Origin: Lophium mytilinum
Lineage: Eukaryota
DNA: 64,000 nucleotides
Assembly (NCBI GenBank): GCA_010093605.1
Contig: MU004187.1
Location: forward strand, 434,001 to 498,000
Direction: 5' to 3'
Both the position numbers and the translations under genes were made by a program. Positions 12,067-23,442 of this stretch are shown here, piece by piece. The notes below the pieces were generated by a model, which had not been told where the DNA came from, did no database searches, and saw nothing but the letters and a program-made list of their open reading frames with translations. How positions within the stretch are numbered: the stretch's first letter is position 1; every line of letters begins with the position of its first letter.

Positions 12067-13406
12067 CACATCGCATTTAGAGATTTAACCACTTATCGGG
12101 CTACTCCAAGCAGTTGCAAGAGTTGTCCAAACTTGTTCTCAAGTTCTCCATGCACGCCCGTGCATGATCTCCCCCGAGCTCAAATTCAACGTCATCCATT
12201 ACCTTCCCCATCAACATGTCCTGTACCGATAAGATGACTATAGAGCGTGTTTCCTCTTGAGATGTCTTTCTTTCAAGTCTCAGACAAGCGCCACCTCATA
12301 TTCGTCGAAGTTCAGAAGCAAAGAAAGTCAGGCTCTGCCAATAATTGAGCAAACTTAGTCTAACACACGATAAGGAGTTGTAGAGACTGATTGCTATAAC
12401 GCAAAGATCACGCCTCGTTGGCACCTTGCTTTACGTATCGTGCAGCGTTCCAAGCGTATATCTGCATCAAACACACAAACTGCCAAAAATGCGTTCGGGT
12501 AACGTTCAGAAATCGACTATTTCAGGTCTTTGCCGTCTCTAAAAGTTTCAGAATTTGCTAAGCCTGAATTAGAGTTCTATATCGCTTCAGAAAATGCTGA
12601 TGTTCCAGGCTTTGCACATTTGCTGATTCCCATTGAATATTTCCGATGGCGGCGTTTATCACTGAATGCTGATGCATGGCCAGCAATCGCCTTGCTGGAA
12701 TATGTCAACGAGTCGTCCGCACTACCCAGTCTCAGCCTCCATGGATATTGAATATGGGAAGTGTTGAACAGACAAAGAGAGTTCTTCCTTGCAGTAGTTC
12801 GGTTCCGTTCAACGTACCTTTTTATATAGGTCGTAGGCTATAGATCGTAGGTGAATTCACCAAAGTCCCGGCCGAAAACGTTCTTTGGTTTCACTCGCGA
12901 CCTTCTCTGCCCAATTCGTCAGCTTGGAAGCTCGCATTCACTATGGCAGACGCGCCCTTACCGGCGCCAGCTTTGGGCGATTCGGAGCTGCGATCCTGTA
13001 TAAAAACCAACTCCTTCATGGTCTCCATAGCTCCCCACAAACTGCACACACACAATCTGCAACACCACCTCAAAGCTTTTCCACACCAGAAAAGTCGCCC
13101 TCACCAGTGCTCTAACCGGTTCCATAACCCAATCCAGATAGTACGTACTTTTCTCTGCTCATTCACGACAGGCCGCAATGTTCCGCAGCCCTTTGATACC
13201 ATCAATCCATCCCACTTTGTCCCCTTCACTACATCTTCTGCGTACCTCCATCCTTTCGTTTAAGCAAGTTGCATTTCCTTCCAGGAATTTCCAAGACGTG
13301 CCTCCAGCGTCAACACTACCAATCTACATGCAGCATCTTCTAACCTATCTTAGTTGGTTCATTTCACCACTGAGAAGCTCCATCTTCTATCTTTCGGAAT
13401 ATAAAC

Positions 13407-15601
13407 ATGGTCCAAAAGCGGAAGTTCGATAGTAATGATGGCGATGCAGCCATTCAGCATTGGCGGAAGGAGAATATGGCTTCATCCAGGCACGTACGGG
13501 GCGACATCCGTCCACCTCTTCGGTCCTTAGACTTGAACGTAGCTGGCGGCCCGCATGGCACACAGGAACGTGCTCAGCCTTCCTATATTCAATATCCAAA
13601 CATCCTTGAGCAGCACACTACAACAGTCAATGGTGGGCTTGAAGGAATCACCGCCAATCAGAATCAAGAGGCTATCGAGGCTGATCTCGAGCCTCCCGGG
13701 ACTAGCAGCGGCAATGCAATCGTGCTCGCAGATGAGCCAGACGGTCCTCTCTACTCTGGAGGAGTCGTCACCCCGGCCGCCCTTTTCACTGCTCCCACCA
13801 CCCTCGGCGTTACTCCAGAAGTGCTAAACCACGCCACTACCGTTGCGGAACCGCCGATAGACTTTGCGAGCTCTGGTCTCTTAGAGGCAGGTGCGGGTAC
13901 AGCCGAATCTTTACTGCAGACCATTGCTAATACCGAGGGCGCAAACAACGCTGCTGCAACCCCTGGCTTCCCAGCATACCAACCCCATTTTCGGACGACT
14001 CAAGATGCCCTGAATTTCCGAAAAGAGAGCCGGAGGATAGCTCCCTATATTGATCCCAAGAACGATGCTACTATCGAGCTGGTGGTCGCTGAAATGCCGC
14101 AATGGATCGCTTTGCTATACAACTCCATGGTGAATCGTCAAGGCGTAAGGGATTCGGCTACTAGCCAAGGGTACAAGAAATTGGTTCTCAACAAACATTA
14201 CGAGCCGGAAGAGATAGAAGCAGCTTGCATCGACATCATGGTAAGGCTTCACCTAGTCCCAAATCAAAGGTGAACGAACCCTGAACTAACCATAGTGTAG
14301 ATGGAGGTGCTGAATCTCTGCCAAAACGGCTGCGAGCTGCATCACGACCTGGCCATTCTCAGCGAAGACCGTGATGACAACAAGCATGACTGCTTCATGC
14401 GGATGATTCACATTTGCTACGCATTGAAGGTAACTGAAGTCTTGTCTTATAGAGCGCTTCATTTGCTAACTACGCGTAGTTTGAAAAGTCCATATGTGAT
14501 GAAGTCCTTGTCGCTATAGTCGGTGACAGAGTCATAAAGCAGTTTGTAAATGCTCCAGTGGCGTGGCGCGGAGTAAGTAATAGCAACCTCTTCCCTTTTC
14601 TTCTCAATCAGAACATCAGCTAATCACCGAGATAGCGCAAAGAGGAGAATCGAATTGGCAATTGGAACAAAGCTGAGAAGCTCAGACAAAACAAAGAAGC
14701 CAAGGAGATGGGCGTGCCCCCTAACCCGGTGAAGAAGACCCCGCGCGTCATACCATGGAGAAAAACTCAGGGCGAGCCGCCGGTGAATGACGTGGCTGCA
14801 GAGGCAGCCGCGCTTGGGATCAGTATCCCTCGAAAGTACCGGGATCTTCTGTTACAGGATGGTGTCACCTTGCCCGCTCATTACCTCCCTCATTGGGACG
14901 TCGAAGACGCCCCTAATGAGGAGCAGCAAGCTGAAGGTCAACAGTCTGATATGCAGGCGCAAGGTCCCGACGGTAATAGAGATGTTGCTTCATCTCCCGC
15001 TCCTAAGAAGCCCAAGGCTAGGAAGGCGAAGCCCAGGGCCAGCCGAAAGAAAACCAACGCCCTATCGCAGAACTCAGTCGATGCGCCGGTTGTTCCAGAG
15101 CAAGTTGTTCCAGCGCCACAAGAGTTCGCGCCGCAGGAGTTCGCGCCGCAAATGGTCCGAGTCGGTCACGAAGGACTCCAGTTTGACACGTCTTTTGGAC
15201 GTCCAGCATACTTGCAGCAGGACCTGGTCGGGCCTCAAGTCAATGAATCTAGACCTCCAGTTCCATCCCTGCGGCTCAATACCCAGCTCCACACAACCCC
15301 CCTCCCCAGTAATCCCTCCCCGCAACACTTTGGGAACCTTGTGCTACTCGACCATGCCTCCAGAACTGCCCTGAATGCGGAAATGGAGACGAACGATGAA
15401 CAGTTTGATATCGCACTAGATGATCAGATCTTGATGGAAGCGATTTTTGCGTCCATCCGTGGAACGCCGCTAGAACCCTTCGACAGCGGTTTCAGCGTGG
15501 AATCCCCCTCTGGAAGCCTTGGCGGGCTTAGTGACGATGGACCTGGTAGGGATGAGAGCTTCGGCACAAATCTTGGGGACATCTTTGACATGACCTTGTA
15601 G
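13407..15601 (+). CDS. Uncharacterised protein (about 673 aa), paralog of the 1876-4381 central domain; exons 13407-14240, 14301-14429, 14480-14572, 14636-15601
   Basis: Three canonical introns give a continuous frame. The spliced core has YEPEEIEAAC...ALKFEKSICDE...KQFVNAP...RKEEN, and a basic NLS-like stretch KKPKARKAKPR follows. Confidence 0.8.
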
Positions 15602-16282
15602 ATTACTTGCGCAGCTTGGGTCTACAGGAGAGGTTCAAGGACGTCTTAGTGGGTTGAGATCAGTAGAGCCGGGGTGATAGTAGGTTTGTATCACCTAGCC
15701 CTCATACCTCACGAAAAGGTCAGGATGATGGAAGTCTAGGCGCTCTGATTTAGCTGCTCCGGCTTTTGGCATCACGGCAGTATTCTAGCTAGGCTGCTGG
15801 GGTGGCCATGACATCGGCAAGTACTGGGCAGGATTGATGGTGGGCGAGTCTGATATTAATCGAGTGTGCGAGTGTCACGGCTCTTGTTACATAATGGTCG
15901 GAAGCGTTGTTGTTTGTAGGTGCACTTTCGTGTTATTAAAGCTGTAATGTGATATCTAAGACTACGTAGGCGAACTCTTCGATGTAGTAGAGCGAGATGA
16001 GGTTTGACAACCATTGCCGTGATACTTCAATAGCCTCCAAATCATTGCTAATGAGGCGCTTAGAATCCTCGGAGTAAAGAAGGAGGTAGTGCAAGTGAGC
16101 CAGTGGTGGCGGAGAGTGACCCGGAGAATACTGAAGGCATCCTGGAGGTTCATAATGATCCCGAGGAAAGGAAGTATGGAAGGCCGAATGACAGAGGTGG
16201 TTGAATGACAACACCAGTGGCAGCAAAATTCCTCGGGATGACGTCTCCGGAGGCCTTTACACACACAAGCCGCTGAAATAAC

Positions 16283-16699
16283 TCAATTCTGCAGCACTTG
16301 CTTCTTAATATGGACCTTGAAAAAATCACAATCTCCACCATCAATGTATTCCAGCGACAATGCATCGAGGCTGTCGATTTTCCATGTCACTTGACCTAGG
16401 TCTGCGTTTTCGTCTCCTTTGAAAAAGTTGCCTTCCTCTACGACATCTGGGTGCTCCTCCTTGAAGAATGCCATGACCTTCGCATTGGCGGCCTCGATGG
16501 TTGTGAATACACCAACAGTACTGTGCTCGTGGGAGCTATACACGTATCTTTCTTCGTGCATTACGACGAACGTAGGGGGGCTGCTTGTTAGCGCATTTGC
16601 TACAAGGGCCTGCGACAGCCTGGCTTTTCTGCCAGCTACCTCGACTGCGTCTTTAAGGGATTGGGGATAGTCTCCCTGAATGTATTCGGATCTCTGCAT
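16283..16699 (-). CDS. Hypothetical protein (138 aa)
   Basis: ATG-initiated ORF with globular-looking composition and a GVFTTIEAAN strand-helix motif; I recognise no family with confidence. Confidence 0.55.
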   Translation of the reverse strand: MQRSEYIQGDYPQSLKDAVEVAGRKARLSQALVANALTSSPPTFVVMHEERYVYSSHEHSTVGVFTTIEAANAKVMAFFKEEHPDVVEEGNFFKGDENADLGQVTWKIDSLDALSLEYIDGGDCDFFKVHIKKQVLQN

Positions 16700-17952
16700 T
16701 GCGAGAATATATGTTGGGGTCGAGAGAGTCAGATATCTGCAGCGGATGGTATTTGAAAGGCTTGCAATAATCTTTTGTCTTGAACGGCGGGCACTTCGAA
16801 GAAATTGAGGTAGGTAGTTGGGTGGCAGGCGGAGAAGGAAGCGAACCTGTGGAAGGTACTTAATATACTATACCCCTCTTTGACCAAACGTGGTTGAATA
16901 ATAACGCAATTCAGCGTAGCCATGGTCGAGGCTTAGTAAATGAAGGCTCCGTTTAAAGTTTTCAAGAGAGGGTTACTGGCCTTTTCATCCTTTTGCTACT
17001 TGAACCTTTCGAGATAGAAGTCGGATACCGAAAATGAATTATTCCAGTTGTAATACGCGATTACATTCGGCACCGGTCCCCATCCAAAGAAGTGAGGTTT
17101 CTTCACGACACCATCGTGAGGTTTTTTAAAGACTTCAATGACTGTGGCATTGGCAGTGTCGACGCGACGTATCCACAGACAGCCTCGATCTTAGCGCTGT
17201 CATCTTCCCTCCTATAGTGGGATTACGTCTCATGCATTAATGGACACTGAAAGGACTGCGGATGACATACACGTCACGAAACAAGTTCGTCGCCAATAGG
17301 CGGCCCTGCCGGCTGCCTCACATGCTTAGAATATTTGACGTATCGGAAATAGTATCTTGTGACGGTTGGATTACTGCTAGGTTGGCGTCGGGAGCAGATT
17401 TCCATAGTACGTGGGATCGATATAGAAGATGGCTTTGGGAGCTGTTGTACATGTTGGAGATGATGCAGAGTGTCGAGGTTGAAAGCTGACCTCATAGATC
17501 ATTACATTTTTAGCCTTCATTCTTTATTCTGTACGATCATGTATGATTGTGGATTTGAGAAGATGCACGCGCTTGTAGATTTCGTTCGATTCTAGGCAAT
17601 TGATTGAAGTCTATGCCATATGGTAGTAGTAAGACAGTGGCAAATAAGATTACCATACCCCAATCTCCATACGATCTATTTTCGTTCTTGCTCAGAGAAC
17701 GGAGCCGCTCCCGCTCCGACTGAGTGCTCTCTGGAATCAATTGATGATCAAGTTTGAGTTGCAGGTCACCGAGATGTAAAACTTGATGATTCCAGCTGGA
17801 CGCGGTGCTCATAGTCTACGGCAATGGGCGCTTTCAGATTTGTTACAGGGCTATTAAGATATCTCTGGATATTGAACCCGCTCCTAAGCTAGCTTGTCTG
17901 GCCTGCCATGATTCTCATGGTCCAGCTCCGTTCGAGATTCAATACCATATTC

Positions 17953-20900
17953 TCAAGCTCCAAAGTGAATGAAAGGTGCCCATGACAATGGGTTCTTGTT
18001 CCGTCTGTCCCGCCTCAGCTGCATCAATGCCTCATGCAAAGCATACGCCACTACGTCATGTGGAGAGTCATAGTCCTTCGAGTCCTGAATATTGCGGAAA
18101 AGAAACTGATAAAACAGACCGGCCAGGGGAGCAGCTGCAGAGTCCTTTGCCTCCCACATTGTGCCTATGACATGGGAAAAGCCTGCATGCAAGAACGTAC
18201 TCGTCATGTGGATCATCTCATCCGCAAGCTTGTAGTTCGAGTTCTCTGCCGTAGAACACGCCGACAGATACGCAATTTGAGCTCCCTTGTTTTTCATCAA
18301 CAGCAGATCTCTGACAGCCAACGGCTCTGCTGTAGCTGCGCTCGCACGTCCGAGCAACAGTCCACTCGAGGAAGGATTTTTAGCTTTGGAAATACCGTGG
18401 CAGATGAAGTGGACGTTGGTGCTGATTGGGAGCTCGGATAGCGCTTCCGCCTTTGTCGGGTTCTCCATTACTCTGAATCTATGTCCAAAGCAATTCTTGA
18501 TGATTTCCTCTTCTTCTTTTTTAGCGCCCTTCAGTGGATTTTCTCCCGGAGTTGTTGGCATAGAAACAAGGAACAGGTCGCTCTTCCCGACGCCGATCAA
18601 TGGAGGGGGAGCCTGTCGAGCGGTGTGTAGCGCCGCAAAAGACGGCGTGTAGGAGGACACCACATAGTCGAATACATTCTCGGTCGTGTGAGCACCTTCT
18701 CCTGCCGCATGGAAGGGTAGTCGGCTGATAACCCCGCAAGCTGACCACCAAAGTCGTGGGAGACGCTGATTTTCATTTTTGACGAGCAAGTTCAATGTTG
18801 CTAGGATAGGCTTCACAGCGGAGACCCACAGCCACTTGAGTATGCTCTTTAGCTTTTCGTTGTTCGTACTGACTTCAAGGGGAGCACACTTGGAAAGCCT
18901 GTTCTTGCCATACAAAGTGTTAAGATGTGACTGTATATCGGTAGGGTGTAAGTCTGGAAGATCTAATTGATGCACTCCAGTGTTTGTCGTAAGAATGGCA
19001 TGTCCGTGGTTCGTCGTTGCAATCAAGAGGACAATGGGATATCTGCCCATGGGTTTAAATAGGCCGTCAACAAGGGGAGGTGGGTTGGATGGCTGATCCA
19101 AGGACAGAGTTCGAAATTCTCGCTCCAATTCTGTAAGTTTCTGGAGAACATCGCGTCTTTTGTCAAAAACGTCGTGTCCTCCAACTTCCAGGCTAAGTGG
19201 AAGTTCCCGTGACTCAATTGCTGCAGTTAATCGGTCATCTGTGCACAATTCTTGCTCTAGGGAGCGATATCGATCGAGCGCGTCAGGAGCCAGCTTTTCC
19301 AAATTCGACAAATTCGAGATCGTATGAAGTCCGGTACTTGCTAGAAGGCCTCGACTGGCTTCAACTAATTTCAGGGAGTTGAGTGCAGCCTCATCTGGTG
19401 AAATACCCATTACTTTTCCTGCTTCAAGTGCTGTGAAGCCAGCTTTAGTGGCGAGACCCGGAATCTGGCTTAAAAGCCACTCTTGATCTTTGCGAGAGTA
19501 GGATCGAGGGACCAAGTCCGTCAGGAGATCAATCACTTTCTGAAAGGTTTGATATGCTTCCTGCCACCACTGACATAGTGTCAAGCATCCAGCAAGTGAC
19601 GTCCCAGCTTCGATTCGGTATCGAGGCAGTGCACCCGCCGATTCCAGAACCTGGCGGCTACATTTCCATTGAAACCGGACGTCCTCATCAGCGGGGAGAC
19701 CACCAATTTCAATTCTGACTTCGAAAGACTTATACAGCGACTGAGATATTGCGCGGAGTTGACGGGGAGCCTCTGGGTGATCTGGGCTTAGATTGCCGAC
19801 GGCCTTTCTACAAAGAGCCAAGGCTCTTTCATAGTCATTCAAATCTCTGGCTCTGACAAACCTTCGGATAAGAAAGTCGTACATACCCAATTGGAAGTGC
19901 TCCTCCAAATGATGACCTTTGGGCATGAGTGCTAGAGACTTTTCGCAAATTTCTAATCCCTCATTAAGACGATTATCGTTAGCTTCCTCCTGCCACTGCA
20001 TCAGCAACCCTTCGCCCAAAGTTGAACCAAACACCAGTCGGTCCAAGTCTTCTTCGGGTATGCTACTATATGCTTTCCTAGCATTCGACACTCCGTTTAC
20101 TAAATCGTGCTCGTATCCATCTCCGTGAGATTGTGTCAGACGGTTTCGTTCGAATCTTCGCAGCTGCCAACAGGCCAACGAGTTCCAAAAAGAGGGTTTG
20201 GATGGAGAGCAATCTTCAAGGAGTAATACAGCCCATCGGCACGCATCGATAGCCTGATTTAAGTCATCAGAAGCCTGCGTCACGAGAAACTTGATCCCCA
20301 ATATCGAGCTATAAGCGTTAAGAATAGGCAAAAGTTGGCTTGGTGCAAGCATTGCTTTGTCTTTGTATTCCTCAAAGATCCAGAATGCCTGTCGAACGTG
20401 ATCGAGGCCCTCGGTGGCAAAGCTCAAATCTCCGGTTTGCTTGAGGGCTACACACAGCGATGAGGAGAAGTCTGTGAGCAAATCAATCCTCAATTTCGGG
20501 TGTATTCCTTGGGAGGCTAGATCCCGCAGAGAAGCCCTCTGGCACGCGATAGTCTCGGTCAACTCTGACATGTCAATATGACTTCCTGTGGTAAGAAGAC
20601 CACCTCTGCGGAACGAAGCCAAGCTCATCTGTGCTACTAGCTTGCCTGGCCCGTCGAGGTAGCGTTCCGCTTCGCGCAATAAGTCCATGACATCCTGCCG
20701 GCGATTTGTGGTGCCTTCCACGTTTTGCATGGCTAATTTACATTTCGCTAGTCGAAGAAGCAATTGGCCTTTTACTTCATTTGATTCGATCTCGGTGCTA
20801 AGAGACGTTTCGGCAATTGCAGCAGCAAGATATAAATCATCTTCGTGAGATCCATCTACAGATCCAAGATAATATCGTAGCAGATGCAATTCGCAAAGCC

Positions 20901-22167
20901 GGTCTTTGAGCATTGGCGATTCGCTGTGATCTTCAGGCGTCATCTCTTGTGCCGCTTGAACCATGGAGATAGCCTCTAAGATCAACGGGAGCGAATTAGT
21001 AGTGCGAGCTGCCAGGCACGTTGCGTCGACTGCAGATCTAACCATTCCAGGCATCATACGGTAAGCCTTCAGGCTTTGAGAAAGCCTTGCGTCTTCTTGA
21101 AGATTTGGGAAGCGAACGAGGATCCTGTGACATGTGCGCCGGTACTCGAGAAGATCGTTCAGGTTACCTGTTCGGTTGAACTTGTCGTAGAGCTTCCCCA
21201 TTAGTATGCCCCTTTGTCGTATCTCAAGGTCTCCGATCTGTTTTTTGGAATCGACGGCTAGGGTCTGATGTCTCAGAAAGTCGATGATTACGTCTTCAAG
21301 CTCGGCAGTGTCGGGTTCACGTCCTCCTGCCCGGATGTTCATAGCATATGCCATCATAACAGCAACTGATTGGTGGTCCAAGCCATTGATGAGAGTGCTT
21401 GGGAATGCGAACGTGTGTTCCCCTTCCCCCGTCTGGATGTTTGTCATCGTGAGAACGGCTGATTGCTCATTCAGGCTAGTGGAGGGAGTGCTGGGAATTC
21501 CGGTTACGAGACCCAGGCGGCCATGGTTGTTCGCGATCCTTTCATCCAAATCCACAAAAGCGGTCATCCAGTCACCCTTTACGTTTCTAAGTTGGGCTTC
21601 AAGAACTGTGCTGCCTTCGATAAGTCGAACATCCCGTGCGGAAAGTTGAAAGTTTCCATTGCATGGTACCCATCTGAATCGACCATTTTCGTTCGACAAG
21701 GCAGAAGCAAGGTCTAGACGCGCCAGATTATATTCTTCACCAGTAACTTGGCATTCTGCGAGCAGATATTGCCCATTGTCGAGATATATGCAACGGGAAG
21801 TGTTGGAGAAATTTCCAAGCACAGGGTTTGGCGGCGCTCGATGCGCGCCGGAATCAGAGACAGAAGCTTGAGATGTTTTGCTTGCGTCAATCAGTTGCAA
21901 CTCCTTCGGCGACGGACTCGTGTCGTGGGTGTCGATCTCGTTGATTTTGCGATACAGTTCGCGATGGTGATTCTTTAGGAAAAGGCCCCAAATCTCTTGG
22001 AAGTCACCAATGGCTTTCGATTCGATATTGCCATCTGATTCTTCAGCTGCCAGGAGCTCAGATGGGGGAAGATCGATGGGATCGGTCCTTGGCCTTGTTC
22101 GAGAACTGGGCTCTCCTACGCAGGGGAAGCCTTCCCCATCTTTTGGGCTTTGATATGCTGGCCCCAT
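17953..22167 (-). CDS. CHAT-family (caspase-like, clan CD) protease with an N-terminal CVNH lectin domain and a central TPR-like helical region (1404 aa, intronless)
   Basis: The C-terminus has WLWVSAVKPIL, PRLWW...LPFHAAG, VVSSYTPS, catalytic VHFICHG and AYLSACSTA, GFSHVIGTMW and WAPFIHFG. Residues about 118-219 show the two-fold CVNH repeat. DDLNQAI- and NDYERAL-type helical repeats lie between. Confidence 0.92.
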   Translation of the reverse strand: MGPAYQSPKDGEGFPCVGEPSSRTRPRTDPIDLPPSELLAAEESDGNIESKAIGDFQEIWGLFLKNHHRELYRKINEIDTHDTSPSPKELQLIDASKTSQASVSDSGAHRAPPNPVLGNFSNTSRCIYLDNGQYLLAECQVTGEEYNLARLDLASALSNENGRFRWVPCNGNFQLSARDVRLIEGSTVLEAQLRNVKGDWMTAFVDLDERIANNHGRLGLVTGIPSTPSTSLNEQSAVLTMTNIQTGEGEHTFAFPSTLINGLDHQSVAVMMAYAMNIRAGGREPDTAELEDVIIDFLRHQTLAVDSKKQIGDLEIRQRGILMGKLYDKFNRTGNLNDLLEYRRTCHRILVRFPNLQEDARLSQSLKAYRMMPGMVRSAVDATCLAARTTNSLPLILEAISMVQAAQEMTPEDHSESPMLKDRLCELHLLRYYLGSVDGSHEDDLYLAAAIAETSLSTEIESNEVKGQLLLRLAKCKLAMQNVEGTTNRRQDVMDLLREAERYLDGPGKLVAQMSLASFRRGGLLTTGSHIDMSELTETIACQRASLRDLASQGIHPKLRIDLLTDFSSSLCVALKQTGDLSFATEGLDHVRQAFWIFEEYKDKAMLAPSQLLPILNAYSSILGIKFLVTQASDDLNQAIDACRWAVLLLEDCSPSKPSFWNSLACWQLRRFERNRLTQSHGDGYEHDLVNGVSNARKAYSSIPEEDLDRLVFGSTLGEGLLMQWQEEANDNRLNEGLEICEKSLALMPKGHHLEEHFQLGMYDFLIRRFVRARDLNDYERALALCRKAVGNLSPDHPEAPRQLRAISQSLYKSFEVRIEIGGLPADEDVRFQWKCSRQVLESAGALPRYRIEAGTSLAGCLTLCQWWQEAYQTFQKVIDLLTDLVPRSYSRKDQEWLLSQIPGLATKAGFTALEAGKVMGISPDEAALNSLKLVEASRGLLASTGLHTISNLSNLEKLAPDALDRYRSLEQELCTDDRLTAAIESRELPLSLEVGGHDVFDKRRDVLQKLTELEREFRTLSLDQPSNPPPLVDGLFKPMGRYPIVLLIATTNHGHAILTTNTGVHQLDLPDLHPTDIQSHLNTLYGKNRLSKCAPLEVSTNNEKLKSILKWLWVSAVKPILATLNLLVKNENQRLPRLWWSACGVISRLPFHAAGEGAHTTENVFDYVVSSYTPSFAALHTARQAPPPLIGVGKSDLFLVSMPTTPGENPLKGAKKEEEEIIKNCFGHRFRVMENPTKAEALSELPISTNVHFICHGISKAKNPSSSGLLLGRASAATAEPLAVRDLLLMKNKGAQIAYLSACSTAENSNYKLADEMIHMTSTFLHAGFSHVIGTMWEAKDSAAAPLAGLFYQFLFRNIQDSKDYDSPHDVVAYALHEALMQLRRDRRNKNPLSWAPFIHFGA

Positions 22168-22611
22168 GCTCGCAATATCTCTCGATTATAGCAGTGCTAG
22201 CTTGTAGGAGATGGTGATATGGGGCAAAGTGCTCAAGGCAGAAAGAGTGAAAACGTTGATGAAGATGTTCTTTCACGTCCTTTACTTCTGTGGAAATGCC
22301 GACGAAACAGGCTGTAGGATGAGGCTCTGCGTATTTGGGGTTTTCACTTGGCTGGAACACGACAACATCAGGCAGCCACGTCAGTCAGCGACGCCACCAA
22401 TCTCTCGACGTTACACAGCGTCGAAGGAAAAGCCATTAGTAGATAAGAAGACGAAGACGCGTCATCTCCACACTGGTCGAACTCTGGATAACCTGATCTC
22501 CATGTTCTGAGCCGTGAAGAATAACGAACCTACTCATCGTCACTCATCCATCGTTTACGACCTCCTATACGTCTACTGTCACTGAGACCGTACTCGTTTA
22601 GTCAAGACATC

Positions 22612-23442
22612 ATGCGCCCGAGGCTTATTTTGAGAGAATATCCACTTGAACTTAAGGAAGTGCCAATAGGTTCCTTCGTCGTTGATCTTGCGTACCCTCA
22701 TCAAGATGCAATGAAAGGAGATAAGGAAGAGATCGATCTGAACAAGGACTGTACCAAATCTGTATCCGAGGGCCCGGCTCATCAACTCGAAGCTTCAGCA
22801 ACGACAACAGTCTGGGCCTCCTTTCAAAAGATCCTGGGCCTTTCAGTCTCTGCTGCTAGCAGCAGTTCGTCGAGAATTGTAGCCGATCAAACGGTACTCT
22901 ACGAGTTGCGCAATCCTAAAGCACGACTCACGGACCTGGTAGACGATGAAAAAGTGCGGCAGTGGATCCAAAGTGAGATCGAGGGTGGAGAAGACATATA
23001 CCTGATCACCGGTTTTCAGACCGCCACGAACCAACGAGTCCAGCATAGTGACAATCAAAAGCTATCCGGGTCACAAAGCACCAACATCCCAATTGGTAAC
23101 AACGCACTCCAGGCGGGGCAGGGTGTGAGCTATGAGCAACTTGCCAGCAAACAGGATTCATACAAAGCCCCCGAAGAAAGAGTTTTTGCAATTCGAGCCC
23201 GCCGAGTCATCGTCCGAGAGATCAAAGCCATTGAAGTTGATCAATCAACTGGATACGATTACAAGTTGGAAAGGAATGTCCGTTTCCGTATGCTTTCCGA
23301 CAATCGAACAAGCGGAGATGACGGAGTGTCGGAGCAAATTGTTGAAGTGGTGTTGGAAGATGAAGACACTGATTTCGGTGCGTCATTGAGCGAGGTTATA
23401 TGCGTAGGACCAAATGAGTTTGTGTATTGTGTTCCTGAGTGA
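22612..23442 (+). CDS. Fungal gasdermin-like pore-forming protein (RCD-1/HET-Q1-like, 276 aa, intronless)
   Basis: Motifs IGSFVVDLAYPHQD, YELRNP...VRQWI, IYLITG and APEERVFAIRARRV, two Ser/Thr/Gly-rich hairpin-like segments and a short acidic C-tail fit the family. It lies head-to-head with a protease gene. Confidence 0.82.
   Translation: MRPRLILREYPLELKEVPIGSFVVDLAYPHQDAMKGDKEEIDLNKDCTKSVSEGPAHQLEASATTTVWASFQKILGLSVSAASSSSSRIVADQTVLYELRNPKARLTDLVDDEKVRQWIQSEIEGGEDIYLITGFQTATNQRVQHSDNQKLSGSQSTNIPIGNNALQAGQGVSYEQLASKQDSYKAPEERVFAIRARRVIVREIKAIEVDQSTGYDYKLERNVRFRMLSDNRTSGDDGVSEQIVEVVLEDEDTDFGASLSEVICVGPNEFVYCVPE

Noticed and set aside
17537..17812. 91-aa ORF downstream of the CHAT gene as a third module component
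   Set aside because: Short, no recognisable domain, and cannot be distinguished from a chance ORF.
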